Part shown: piece by piece, positions 36,589 through 45,429 of the stretch
Position numbering within the stretch: the stretch's first letter is position 1
Layout of the letters: each line of letters begins with the position of its first letter
Origin: Parcubacteria group bacterium GW2011_GWA1_56_13
Lineage (GTDB): Bacteria; Patescibacteriota; Minisyncoccia; Phycocordibacterales; Phycocordibacteraceae
DNA: 64,000 nt
NCBI GenBank assembly: GCA_001004905.1
Contig: LCRY01000002.1
Location: 269,873-333,872 of the forward strand
Reading direction: 5' to 3'
Made by a program: the position numbers and the translations under genes
Notes under the pieces: generated by a model
The model's database searches: none
Told to the model about the DNA's origin: nothing
The model's input: the letters and a program-made list of their open reading frames with translations, nothing else

Positions 36589-36665
36589 CGCGTGACGCGC
36601 TCTACCAGCTGAGCTAACGGCCCAAACATGAACAGAACGGACTGGCGGGCAGGCAGGTAAGGATA

Positions 36666-36767
36666 ACGCGCTCTACTGCAAGAAGCGAGGCGAAATAAAA
36701 TTCGATTTATTTCTGCCGAGCGCCGCAGCAGAAAGCCCGCAGGGCTTACCAGCTGAGCTAACGGCCC
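36666..36767 (-). pseudogene. tRNA 5'-half remnant with a 73-nt D-loop insertion
   Basis: First 21 nt identical to 36603-36623; insertion 36674-36746, then GAGCGCGT resumes. Confidence 0.7.
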
Positions 36768-36804
36768 GTGCGAAACATGCTAACACGCTCGAATATTATT
36801 TTCA

Positions 36805-36917
36805 TCGGGCCACCGGGAATCGGTCACGGATAATTTTCTCGCCGTCGCTCGAAAATTTCCTCGACCCCGTCTCGCCGTTCGGCTTGCTAGCCGAACAGTG
36901 CTCCGACTTTCGATTCC
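36805..36917 (-). repeat. tRNA-associated structured element, copy 1, ending in a duplicated tRNA-Pro 3' end
   Basis: GTCGGAGC...GCGAGACGGGGTCG...GTGACC then GATTCCCGGTGGCCCGA. Confidence 0.75.
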
Positions 36918-36919
36918 TT

Positions 36920-36990
36920 TCGGGCTACCGGGAATCGAACCCGGACTGCATGACCCCCAGCCACGCGTACTACCACTATACGATAGCCCG
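36920..36990 (-). tRNA. tRNA-Pro(GGG)
   Basis: CGGGCTA.../...TAGCCCGA cloverleaf, loop CTGGGGG. Confidence 0.9.
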
Positions 36991-37009
36991 TTTTCGGAGA
37001 TGTTCTGTG

Positions 37010-37099
37010 TCGGGCCGCCGGAAATTGGTCACGCAGAATCCCGTGCTCGGGATTTGCGCGACCCCGCCTCGCGCCGTCGCGCTCCGGCCTTCAATTCCC
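37010..37099 (-). repeat. tRNA-associated structured element, copy 2, ending in a duplicated tRNA-Pro 3' end
   Basis: GCCGGAGCG...GCGAGGCGGGGTCGCG...GTGACC then AATTTCCGGCGGCCCGA. Confidence 0.75.
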
Positions 37100-37134
37100 G
37101 ACGACATGGCGCCCTCTTCGGGAGGTGTTCTCTG

Positions 37135-37205
37135 TCGGGCCGCCGGGAATTGAACCCGGTCTACACGCACCCGAAGCGTGCGTACTACCGGCATACTCCG
37201 GCCCG
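37135..37205 (-). tRNA. tRNA-Pro(CGG)
   Basis: Cloverleaf, loop TTCGGGT. Confidence 0.9.
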
Positions 37206-37224
37206 ACACAGAACACCTCCTTGT

Positions 37225-37311
37225 GGTCACGGATAATTTTCTCGCCGTCGCTCGAAAATTTCCGCGACCCCGCCTCGCGGTTCGGCCTACTGACCGAACA
37301 TCGCTCCGGCT
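37225..37311 (-). repeat. tRNA-associated structured element, copy 3
   Basis: Shares GGAAATTTTCGAGCGACGGCGAGAAAATTATCCGTGACC with copy 1. Confidence 0.8.
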
Positions 37312-37350
37312 CGCACAAGGGCACGAGAAACATGCTTCTCGTGCCCCTTG

Positions 37351-37424
37351 TGCGCTCTGGAGGATTCGAACCTCCGACCTTTCGCGTGTGAAGCGAACGC
37401 TCTAACCAACTGAGCTAAGAGCGC
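37351..37424 (-). tRNA. tRNA-Val(CAC)
   Basis: GCGCTCT.../...AGAGCGCA cloverleaf, loop TTCACAC. Confidence 0.92.
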
Positions 37425-37577
37425 GATGCACGGCTTACCTTAGCAAGAAAAAGAAGCTCCTACAAATCACATGTACCCGCGAGGAGCGCGAAAAATATGA
37501 GTAAGGGAGTCCTGGTGCGCATGGCCATTGTGCGGCGCTTCATGATAGCAAAGAGGCCGTTTGTTATACTCCCTGCC

Positions 37578-38009
37578 ATGAACACAAACGCATGGGCGGT
37601 TCTCACCGTGCTGATTATCCTGGTCGGTCTCGGGATTTGGATCATCGCGCCGCAAATCGCCGGGCAGCCGGGCGGCCCCTCCGCTACGACAACGGCGACC
37701 GGCACGAGCACTTCCCCTACTTCGGCCGATAACGCGCCACCGGGGAGCATCCATAACCTGCCGGTGCCACAGGCGGTTTCCGCAGCGCGCGCTTACGCCG
37801 CCCGAGCGCTCGGCGTCTCCGAAGGGCTCGTCATCGTCATGACCGCGTATGAGAAAGAGTGGACGGATAGCTGTTTGGGCCTTGGCGGGCCGGCCGAGTC
37901 CTGCGCGCAGGTCATCACGCCGGGTTACGAGGTCACCGTTCAGGCGAACGGAAAACAGTACATGTACCGCACGAACGCGACCGGCGAAGTTATCCGTCAG
38001 GCAAAATAA
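37578..38009 (+). CDS. Secreted or membrane-anchored protein
   Basis: N-terminal TM; WTDSCLGL...CAQVITPGY motif; ATG 7 nt after TATACT. Confidence 0.8.
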   Translation: MNTNAWAVLTVLIILVGLGIWIIAPQIAGQPGGPSATTTATGTSTSPTSADNAPPGSIHNLPVPQAVSAARAYAARALGVSEGLVIVMTAYEKEWTDSCLGLGGPAESCAQVITPGYEVTVQANGKQYMYRTNATGEVIRQAK

Positions 38010-38016
38010 ACTTCAG

Positions 38017-38108
38017 TGGACCCGACCGGACTTGAACCGGTGACCCCTTCATTGCAAATGAGATGCTCTACAGCAAGGAGAGAGGCCGAAGGACTTACCA
38101 GCTGAGCT
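38017..38108 (-). pseudogene. Degenerate tRNA-Ala(TGC) with a 27-nt D-loop insertion
   Basis: TTTGCAA loop, T arm and 3' acceptor strand present; 5' acceptor strand lost; insertion 38069-38095. Confidence 0.75.
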
Positions 38109-38126
38109 GGGGATTCAAAACTTGGG

Positions 38127-38199
38127 TGGACCTGACCGGTTTCGAACCGGTTACCTCCTCATTGCAAATGAGGCGCTCTACCAATTGAGCTACAGGCCC
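38127..38199 (-). tRNA. tRNA-Ala(TGC)
   Basis: 73-nt cloverleaf, loop TTTGCAA, G3:U70. Confidence 0.93.
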
Positions 38200-38260
38200 A
38201 CCCAAGTTTTCAATCTTATTTCTTGATCCTACAATATCATTTTCGGCCGATTATTTGAAG

Positions 38261-38854
38261 CTAATTCTTTCGGCTGATAAAATTGAGGTAATTTTTAGAA
38301 CGGGGCTTAAATTGCTCGAAGTACACGACGGAAAAACCGTGTTCGCGCAGCAGGTCCTCAACCTCTTTTTTTCGATAATAGCTAAACCAGCGCGGCAAAT
38401 GCACTCCTGAACTCTCCTTGTACTGCTCGACGTCACCCTCTATAAGCCCCAATCCGAACGTCCCTCCTTTCACGAGAACACGGGCCACCTCCGAGAGAGC
38501 CGCGCCAACGTTTGCCTTCGGCACATGCAATAAGGTGGTATACGACCACACGCCCCCGAAGCTTTCGCTCGGGAACGGCAGTACGCTGAAATCGCCCAGC
38601 ATGGAATTGAGACCTCTGGACGCTGACAAAGCGACCATCGCCTCGGAGGCGTCAAGACAAACGATGTCCAATCCTTTCTCTTTCAGAATAAGGCCGTCCC
38701 GCCCGGGGCCGCTTCCCACATCCAGCACCCGTCCGTTCGTCATGCGAGCGAACGTGTCTATAACCGTCCGCGGGAACAAATCCCAAAAGCCGGCGGTCTC
38801 GGCGTCATAGGCAAGTGCAGTGCGGTTATAGGTGTCGATCGTAACCTTATCCAT
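38261..38854 (-). CDS. Class I SAM-dependent methyltransferase
   Basis: VLDVGSGPGRD, LDAS, LLHVP, RVLVKGG. Confidence 0.9.
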   Translation of the reverse strand: MDKVTIDTYNRTALAYDAETAGFWDLFPRTVIDTFARMTNGRVLDVGSGPGRDGLILKEKGLDIVCLDASEAMVALSASRGLNSMLGDFSVLPFPSESFGGVWSYTTLLHVPKANVGAALSEVARVLVKGGTFGLGLIEGDVEQYKESSGVHLPRWFSYYRKKEVEDLLREHGFSVVYFEQFKPRSKNYLNFISRKN

Positions 38855-38927
38855 GGCCGCAAACGTTCTGCATAGAAAGCAAGTATACCAGGATGGGATA
38901 CCGCGTGAGAAAATGAGTGACGGCAGA

Positions 38928-39374
38928 TTATCTTCGCAGATAGGCGGTCATGGAGAACGTCGTGCTACCGATCGTAAGCAGCGCCCGTATTCCTTCCGGT
39001 CCCGGTCCCGCGGCAGGGATACCCGTAAACGTGAGATCACTCACGAACACGTTGCTGCTCGTAAGCGGAAGGAAATCGCCGTCTTCTTTCATTTCCACCT
39101 TGGTTCCGTTCAGCTTCACGTTCACGGTCGCGCCGCCATATCTTGTTACGACGAGCTCGTGAGCGTCCGGGATGCTGAAACCGGATGCCGAAGAAAGCGC
39201 CCACCCTATCTTTCGCATGACAAAATCCCCTTCTTCACGCGCGACGGCCATCGCGCTGATGCGCCCGGAACTTCCGGTGAGGTGGTACGCCATAGCCACC
39301 GCGCCGCCGATGATGAACGCGAGGAGCGCGATGTACAGCATGGTCTCTACGAGCGTGAATCCTCGCATATTCAT
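38928..39374 (-). CDS. Type IV pilin/pseudopilin-like protein
   Basis: RG|FTLVETMLYIALL prepilin motif. Confidence 0.88.
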   Translation of the reverse strand: MNMRGFTLVETMLYIALLAFIIGGAVAMAYHLTGSSGRISAMAVAREEGDFVMRKIGWALSSASGFSIPDAHELVVTRYGGATVNVKLNGTKVEMKEDGDFLPLTSSNVFVSDLTFTGIPAAGPGPEGIRALLTIGSTTFSMTAYLRR

Positions 39375-40810
39375 GGAGTGGTAATGACCGATAGTGAACC
39401 ATTGTTGCCCGCATCGTTCGACGCGGCATAGAATGCGTTCCCTTCGCAGTCCATGGACGGTTCGTAGGCACTGCCGCTTGCAGGCAGGGCGACGGAAGAC
39501 AGTTGGGCGGTGCTTGTCGCGCTCACGACCGTGAAAGCCGCGTTTGTCAGGACAAAAGAAAGGAAATCGCGCGTGACGAGCCCGTTTATGCTGCTGCCCG
39601 TTTCCTTGGTGAGCGGGTCCGCGTTCGCACTCTGGATGGCCGAGGGATCCGCTATGTTGAGTTTGTAGTATTCAGGCCCCGCATTCGGTGCGGTCTTCCC
39701 GAGAAAAAGGGACGTACCGATCGCGTACAAGCTCTTGCCATTGCCGCCTCCGACGGGCGCGTTGAATCCCGCGACATACTGCGGAGATGCGGGAACCGCG
39801 ATATTCAGAACCGTGACCTCTTGCGCCGCCGGCGACGCTACGTAGGCGTAATGCCCGCTGATGGCGATGGCATTCACGTCGTGTCCGCCCGAAGCATAGC
39901 CGCCGACCCACACGGGAGCGGAAGGGTCCTGTACGTTGATGATGTCGAACTCGTCGCCGCTGGTGGAAGTGAGACCGAGATAGACGTACCCATCGCGGTA
40001 CGCAAGCGCATTGCCGAGGCCCGCAGAGGGGACATGCGTGAGCGGTATTTTGTAAGTCACCAAAACACGAGGGCGTGCCGCACCCGTTACGTCGAATACT
40101 TGCAGCTGGCCGCTCGCAAAACTGCTCGCGCTTGCGGCAAACGCGTATACGACGCTGGCCGCACGGTCTTCGACAATGCGGACGGCGGCAAGGCCGCCGG
40201 TATTCGCCGGCGCATTATCGAGTGTGCCGAGCAACACCGGATGAGCGGGGTCGGCTATGTCGAAAATGAAAAATGTCGGGTCCGTTTTGTACGGCGTGCG
40301 CGCAACCGACACGTAGAGTTTCCCGCGATACGCATTGACGTCGCTTATCGGGTACGGCCCCGTGCTCGTCGCGATGAGGTCCAAAAACGGAACGCTGGTG
40401 AGGGCGGGGCGTGTCCAATCGCCGGTGACGATGGAGCTGCATGTGTCGTCGGAGAGCGAGCGCGAGTCGGTCAGTATGGTGGCGAGCTCGACGGAGAACG
40501 GGCGTCCCGCGCTTTCCCACGTCACCGTGCTCGTCGCCTGCTTGGTAAAAAAGTCGCTCTGCGATACTGCGACCGATGCGTTGTAGACGAGTGGCCCCGC
40601 CTCCACGACCGTCGTGGTTGAATTTGCCAGGCGGAAATCCTGCCGCGCGAGCGCCCTCTCTTCTTCGAGCATTTTTTGAGCGAGGGAGAGCGCGGGACCG
40701 CTCGCTTCGGCGTCAACGATGAGTGCTTCGTCTCCGAACGCAAGCAGAATGATCGCTGCAAGGCAAAGCGTGAAGACACCGAACGCGATCAGCATCTCTA
40801 ATGTCGACAT
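39371..40810 (-). CDS. Pilin-like N-terminus plus LVIVD-type beta-propeller; leader appears frameshifted (likely true start 40830)
   Basis: MSTLEMLIAFGV hydrophobic helix; repeated IFDIADPAHPVLLG / INVQDPSAPVWVG / GHYAYVA blades. Confidence 0.8.
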   Translation of the reverse strand: MSTLEMLIAFGVFTLCLAAIILLAFGDEALIVDAEASGPALSLAQKMLEEERALARQDFRLANSTTTVVEAGPLVYNASVAVSQSDFFTKQATSTVTWESAGRPFSVELATILTDSRSLSDDTCSSIVTGDWTRPALTSVPFLDLIATSTGPYPISDVNAYRGKLYVSVARTPYKTDPTFFIFDIADPAHPVLLGTLDNAPANTGGLAAVRIVEDRAASVVYAFAASASSFASGQLQVFDVTGAARPRVLVTYKIPLTHVPSAGLGNALAYRDGYVYLGLTSTSGDEFDIINVQDPSAPVWVGGYASGGHDVNAIAISGHYAYVASPAAQEVTVLNIAVPASPQYVAGFNAPVGGGNGKSLYAIGTSLFLGKTAPNAGPEYYKLNIADPSAIQSANADPLTKETGSSINGLVTRDFLSFVLTNAAFTVVSATSTAQLSSVALPASGSAYEPSMDCEGNAFYAASNDAGNNGSLSVITTP

Positions 40811-40859
40811 GCGCGCGAATGGACGCCCATCGGGCCATTGTAACGCGGTACCGTTCGCG

Positions 40860-41921
40860 TTATTGATACTGGATATAGATGGGCGCGGGAGTGAGTTTGA
40901 GGACTTCGGCGGGGGTCAGTAGGCCGGTCGAGGGTGGTTTAATATCGTTCTTGTAAAAAAGCTTGATGCCCGTGAACTGCACCGGCTCGGGTGCCACGAC
41001 CCTGTTGTACGTCCCGTACTTCTTCTCCTTCGAGCCGAAACCGTCCATGTCTATCACGATCTGGACCTCCGGCAGAGGCGTTATCTTCTTGTAGTTCGTC
41101 ACCATCGCGGAAGTGAAGCGGTGCACGACGAGTATCTTCGGCGGCAGATGATATTGCGTTACCAGCTCCGCGAGATAGCGCGCGGCGTAGTTCACGTCGG
41201 CCGCGTCGAATGTGCCGATGACCGTTCCGGGCGGGTTGCCGTATTTCATCGAGAATTCCGGGTCGATGGCCAGATGCACCTGCGGCATCCGGAGATACTT
41301 CTCCAAAAGCGGCAGTTCGCGTTCAAGCGAACTCATTCCCACCTGTATATCGAGGAAGACGATGCCATGTATCCGTCGTGCCAGGTCAAGTGCGTGGTCG
41401 ATCTGGTCGTCCGGCATCCGGAGAATATAGTTCCCTTCCCTGCCCGCGCTCGCCTGCGCGACCACCGCGATGTAGTGGATAGCGGGTATGGTCGGCGTCG
41501 CGGGGTCGGCGGCGGCCCACATCTCGCTTGTCGAAGAAAGCCTTGCAAGTACGATGTCTTCCGGATATTCCCCGAGCACTCCCATGCCTCTTGAATAAAA
41601 GTTCCCGTAGTAGGCGACGACGCGTTTGAAAGGCAGAATGGCCCCCGCGTTCGGATACACCGTTTTCACCGGCCAGAGAAACGGTGTGGAGGAAGCGGCT
41701 GGCGCTTTGCCGGTGAATACTGCCGCGGTCGTGGTGCCGGCGTGCGCGAGCGCGAGAAGCCGCGCGTCGTACTCGGCGGTGTCCAGGGTCGGCAACGGGA
41801 AAAAACGTTCGGTGACCTGCGAACGGTACTCGCTTGAAGCGAGCGGCGAGAAACCGAACGCATAGACGAGTGCGAGCGCGCCGACACCCGCCCCCGCCGT
41901 TCGCCACAGTACTACGGACAT
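40860..41921 (-). CDS. Secreted hypothetical protein, possibly glycoside-hydrolase-like
   Basis: Signal peptide; VVAYYG, FLDIQVG, HLAIDPEF, DMDGFG. Confidence 0.65.
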   Translation of the reverse strand: MSVVLWRTAGAGVGALALVYAFGFSPLASSEYRSQVTERFFPLPTLDTAEYDARLLALAHAGTTTAAVFTGKAPAASSTPFLWPVKTVYPNAGAILPFKRVVAYYGNFYSRGMGVLGEYPEDIVLARLSSTSEMWAAADPATPTIPAIHYIAVVAQASAGREGNYILRMPDDQIDHALDLARRIHGIVFLDIQVGMSSLERELPLLEKYLRMPQVHLAIDPEFSMKYGNPPGTVIGTFDAADVNYAARYLAELVTQYHLPPKILVVHRFTSAMVTNYKKITPLPEVQIVIDMDGFGSKEKKYGTYNRVVAPEPVQFTGIKLFYKNDIKPPSTGLLTPAEVLKLTPAPIYIQYQ

Positions 41922-41975
41922 GATGGACCTATTTTAGCGGAAATGCCGCGAAAATGCTAAATAACGGCGTCCGAA

Positions 41976-43226
41976 CTATTCGTATCGCAGGGCGTCGATC
42001 GGATTCTTTCGAGCGGCCTGGCGGGCCGGATACAGGCCGAACGCGATCCCTGCGATGCCCGACACCGCGAGTCCGAGGACAACGGAAGAAAGGGGGAAGG
42101 CGAAGACCCAGCCGATCGAGGGGAAAAACGTCGTGAGAACGAAATACGCCAGGCCAACTACGCCGGCGCCAAGGGCGATGCCGATGATGCCACCGGCGAA
42201 CGTGAGCAGGACCGACTCGATGAGAAATTGCTGCAGAATATCGCCATTGGTCGCGCCAACCGCTTTGCGGAGCCCTATCTCGCGCGTGCGTTCCGTAACG
42301 GCGACCAGCATGATGTTCATGATGCCGATGCCGCCGACGATGAGCGAGATGGATGCTATCGCAGCGAGAAAAAGGGTGAGGACGGAAGTGATGTTGCCGA
42401 GGAGCGAGAGAACGTCTTCCTGGGTCCGTATGTCGAAATCGTCCTTGTTCGGGTTCGTGATGCCGTGATTCTGGCGCAGTACGGAAGTGATGCGTGCTTT
42501 CACGAAGTCCACGTCGTACGCCGCGTCGCCCTCGACGATGATATCGTTGAAATAGGTGATGCCGAGGAGCTGTTTCTGCGCGACCGAGATCGGCATGATG
42601 ACCAGATTGCCCTGGTCAACGCCGAAGGGCCCGCTTCCCCCCTTGCTCAAGACCCCCACGACGCGGAACGACACGTCTTTGAGCCGCACCGTTTTGTTGA
42701 CGGGCGAGACGGTAGTGCCGAATAGCGTCTCCGCGAGCTCGGGACCGAGCACGACGATATGGTTCCCCGAACTGATATCTCCCGCCGAGAGGCGTTGACC
42801 AACTTTCACATCGAGATTCCTGATGGAGAAGAAATCGGACGTCACTCCCTGGTAGCCCACGGTGGCGCTGTTGTTTCCGTATACCACTTCGGCTTGTCCG
42901 CGCACTTCCCCCGCGGCACCGCTTATCGACGGCTCGCGCTTGAGCGTATCAATGTCCCTTTGCACCAAACTGGTGATGATGATGCCCTGAGAGGACGCGG
43001 GCGGCGCGAATTTCCCGTTCGCGGGCGCGCCCGGTATCACGATGATAAGGTTCGATCCGATGCCCTGCACCTGGTTGAGGATGATGTCCTGAGCCGATCG
43101 ACCGATGGACATCAGGATGATGACGGACGCGATGCCGATGACGATGCCGAGCATCGTGAGTATCGAGCGCATCTTGCCGTGCGCCAAACTGCGGGTAGCG
43201 GTTTTGAAAGCGTCTCGTACCAGCAT
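41976..43226 (-). CDS. MacB-like ABC permease
   Basis: RSILTMLGIVIGIASV, GGIGIMNIMLVAVTERTREIGLRKAVGA. Confidence 0.93.
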   Translation of the reverse strand: MLVRDAFKTATRSLAHGKMRSILTMLGIVIGIASVIILMSIGRSAQDIILNQVQGIGSNLIIVIPGAPANGKFAPPASSQGIIITSLVQRDIDTLKREPSISGAAGEVRGQAEVVYGNNSATVGYQGVTSDFFSIRNLDVKVGQRLSAGDISSGNHIVVLGPELAETLFGTTVSPVNKTVRLKDVSFRVVGVLSKGGSGPFGVDQGNLVIMPISVAQKQLLGITYFNDIIVEGDAAYDVDFVKARITSVLRQNHGITNPNKDDFDIRTQEDVLSLLGNITSVLTLFLAAIASISLIVGGIGIMNIMLVAVTERTREIGLRKAVGATNGDILQQFLIESVLLTFAGGIIGIALGAGVVGLAYFVLTTFFPSIGWVFAFPLSSVVLGLAVSGIAGIAFGLYPARQAARKNPIDALRYE

Positions 43227-43228
43227 AT

Positions 43229-43936
43229 TTATTTCAGCGTCCCGCGCCGAAGGCGGTCCGCGGTGATTGGATTATCGCTTTCCACCATCCCGTCCTTCAC
43301 CCGGATGATGCGGTCCGCGAACTCCGCGGTTTGGGTTTCGTGCGTCACGAGGACGACCGTCCGCCCCTTTCTGTTGAGTGACGCGAGTATCTCCATGACC
43401 TGCAGGCCCGACTGCGAATCGAGATTGCCGGTCGGTTCGTCCGCGAAAATGACGTTCGGGTCGGTCACCAGGGCGCGGGCGATGGCGACGCGCTGTTTCT
43501 GGCCGCCGGAAAGTTTGCCGGCCTCCGTATACAGTTTTTCTTCAAGACCGACGGAGCGGACGGCTTCCTCGACCAAGGTGCGGCGCTTCTGCGCCGGAAT
43601 GGTGGAATATAGAAGCGGTATCTCGACGTTGTCATAGACGGTCAGGCGGGAGAGCAGATTGAACGATTGGAACACGAACCCCATGTCTTTGTTGCGGACC
43701 TGTGCGAGCTCCCGGTCGGTCATGTCGTCAATACTGCGGCCCAGAAAGGTGTACGAGCCGCCCGTCGGACGGTCAAGGAAGCTTAGAATATGGAGAAGCG
43801 TGGATTTGCCCGAACCGGAAGGCCCCATGACGGAAACGAATTCTCCTTTTTCAATGGAGAACGTCATGCCGCGCAGCGCCCGCGTCGGCGTCTCTTCTTC
43901 CGGATATTCCTTCTGCAGGTCCCGTATCTCTATCAT
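43229..43936 (-). CDS. ABC ATPase, MacB/LolD type
   Basis: GPSGSGKST, LSGGQKQRVAIARAL, ADEPTGNLD. Confidence 0.95.
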   Translation of the reverse strand: MIEIRDLQKEYPEEETPTRALRGMTFSIEKGEFVSVMGPSGSGKSTLLHILSFLDRPTGGSYTFLGRSIDDMTDRELAQVRNKDMGFVFQSFNLLSRLTVYDNVEIPLLYSTIPAQKRRTLVEEAVRSVGLEEKLYTEAGKLSGGQKQRVAIARALVTDPNVIFADEPTGNLDSQSGLQVMEILASLNRKGRTVVLVTHETQTAEFADRIIRVKDGMVESDNPITADRLRRGTLK

Positions 43937-45360
43937 TGCGACTTGAGTCCGATATTGAGCACCTCTTCCCCGAACCCGACGCCGGAAAGCACTTCCACGT
44001 TCCCGTTCTGGTCCTGGATGCCGAGCACGACGGGATGCTTCTTCACCTCCTTATCTTCAAGCGTTTCGACGAACGTCCCTTCATCGTTCTGAAGGATGGC
44101 GTATTGCGGAAGGATGAGTGCGTCGTTTTTGTGATCTGTCTCTATATCGATATTCGCGGTGAGTCCGCTCTTGAGACGCGGATCGTTCCTGTCGAAGGAA
44201 ATTTTCACCTCGTAGCTCACGACGCCCTGCGTGTTCGTCTCCGCCGGCGCGATGTAAAAGACCTTTCCGGAGAATGTCTCATTGGGGAATGCGTCCAGTG
44301 TCATCATTACCTTGTCCCCCATCATGATCTTTCCTATATCCGTCTCGGACGCACCGGCGTCCACTTCGAAGCCGCCGGTGCCGATGATGGAAACAAGCGG
44401 TGTGCCGGGCGCGGCGAACTGGCCGACCTTCGCGTCCTGCTTCGTGATGATGCCGCTCATGGGCGCGACGATGCGTGTGCCCTGAAAATTCGCCTCCGCA
44501 GCGGCGACGCCGGCCTGCGCCTGCTCGACGCTCGCATCGGCGACCGACGTCGCCTTGGAGCTGTTCGTTCGGTACGTGTCGCGGGCGGTCGAAAGCGTGG
44601 CGAGGAGCGTCGTCACGCTCGAGCGCGCCGTCGCAAGGTCGGTGAGTTGGGCCGCCGTGGCGCCCGAATTGATGTCGGTTGCCGCGACGGCGAGCTTGTC
44701 GAGGAACGTATTCACTTCCTCGGTGACGACGCTCGCCGCATCAAGAAGCGCGAGCGGGTCGGTCGAGCCCGCATTCGGAAGGGCGTCCGTATAGTCGTTC
44801 ATCCGCGCGGCAATGACAGCTCGGTCGCGCGACAATTCGCCAAAGGCATACATGGGCGCGGCGATGAGCAGCTGCGGGCCGTAGGCGCCCGAACTGCCGA
44901 AGAACACATCTACGTCGTTCTCAAGCGCGGTATCGAGCGTCGTGTAGGCGGAAAGATAGGCATTGCGCGCCACCCTCTCGGTTTCGGCAAGCGAAGTCGA
45001 AGAGCGCGATGCGAGCGCGGAATCATACGCGGCTTGTGCCTGCTGGAGCGCCGCATACAAATTCGCCGTATTCAGCACGGCGATGACTTCTCCCGCGCCC
45101 ACCGATTCGCCGAGCCCGCGATACACGCGCGCGATGGTGCCGGCGTTCTGGAATCCGAGCGACACGCTCTGCGTCGGCGCCGTATTCCCCGTGAGCGAAA
45201 CCGTTTCGGTGATGGCTCCGCGTTCCACCGTTATGAATTGATAGTCGGGAGCGTGGCGAAAAAAAGTGAAGTACGCGCCCGTGATGAGGATGAGCGCGCC
45301 TGCTATGCCGAGCGCTATCTTGGACCGCATGAGATCTTGCAAGGCGGAAGGGAGCGCCAT
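43933..45360 (-). CDS. MacA-like membrane fusion protein
   Basis: N-terminal TM, lipoyl halves, coiled coil, APMSGII, LKSGLTANIDI. Confidence 0.9.
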   Translation of the reverse strand: MALPSALQDLMRSKIALGIAGALILITGAYFTFFRHAPDYQFITVERGAITETVSLTGNTAPTQSVSLGFQNAGTIARVYRGLGESVGAGEVIAVLNTANLYAALQQAQAAYDSALASRSSTSLAETERVARNAYLSAYTTLDTALENDVDVFFGSSGAYGPQLLIAAPMYAFGELSRDRAVIAARMNDYTDALPNAGSTDPLALLDAASVVTEEVNTFLDKLAVAATDINSGATAAQLTDLATARSSVTTLLATLSTARDTYRTNSSKATSVADASVEQAQAGVAAAEANFQGTRIVAPMSGIITKQDAKVGQFAAPGTPLVSIIGTGGFEVDAGASETDIGKIMMGDKVMMTLDAFPNETFSGKVFYIAPAETNTQGVVSYEVKISFDRNDPRLKSGLTANIDIETDHKNDALILPQYAILQNDEGTFVETLEDKEVKKHPVVLGIQDQNGNVEVLSGVGFGEEVLNIGLKSQ

Positions 45361-45429
45361 AATGCGGAATATTTTATCAGATTATGACGCGAGAGTCAAA
45401 ATTACCTTATCGGGCGGCAGTCCCGTTCT

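Larger units (their letters stand above)
36437..36623 (-). pseudogene. tRNA gene (Ala-like, G3:U70) split at the anticodon loop by an element carrying another tRNA
   Basis: 5' half 36592-36623, 3' half 36437-36476; acceptor GGGCCGT/ACGGTCC and anticodon stem CGTCA/TGACG still pair. Confidence 0.85.

Noticed and set aside
36800-37330. Repeats in the tRNA cluster as a CRISPR array
   Set aside because: Units are long, irregularly spaced and separated by tRNAs; no cas operon is present
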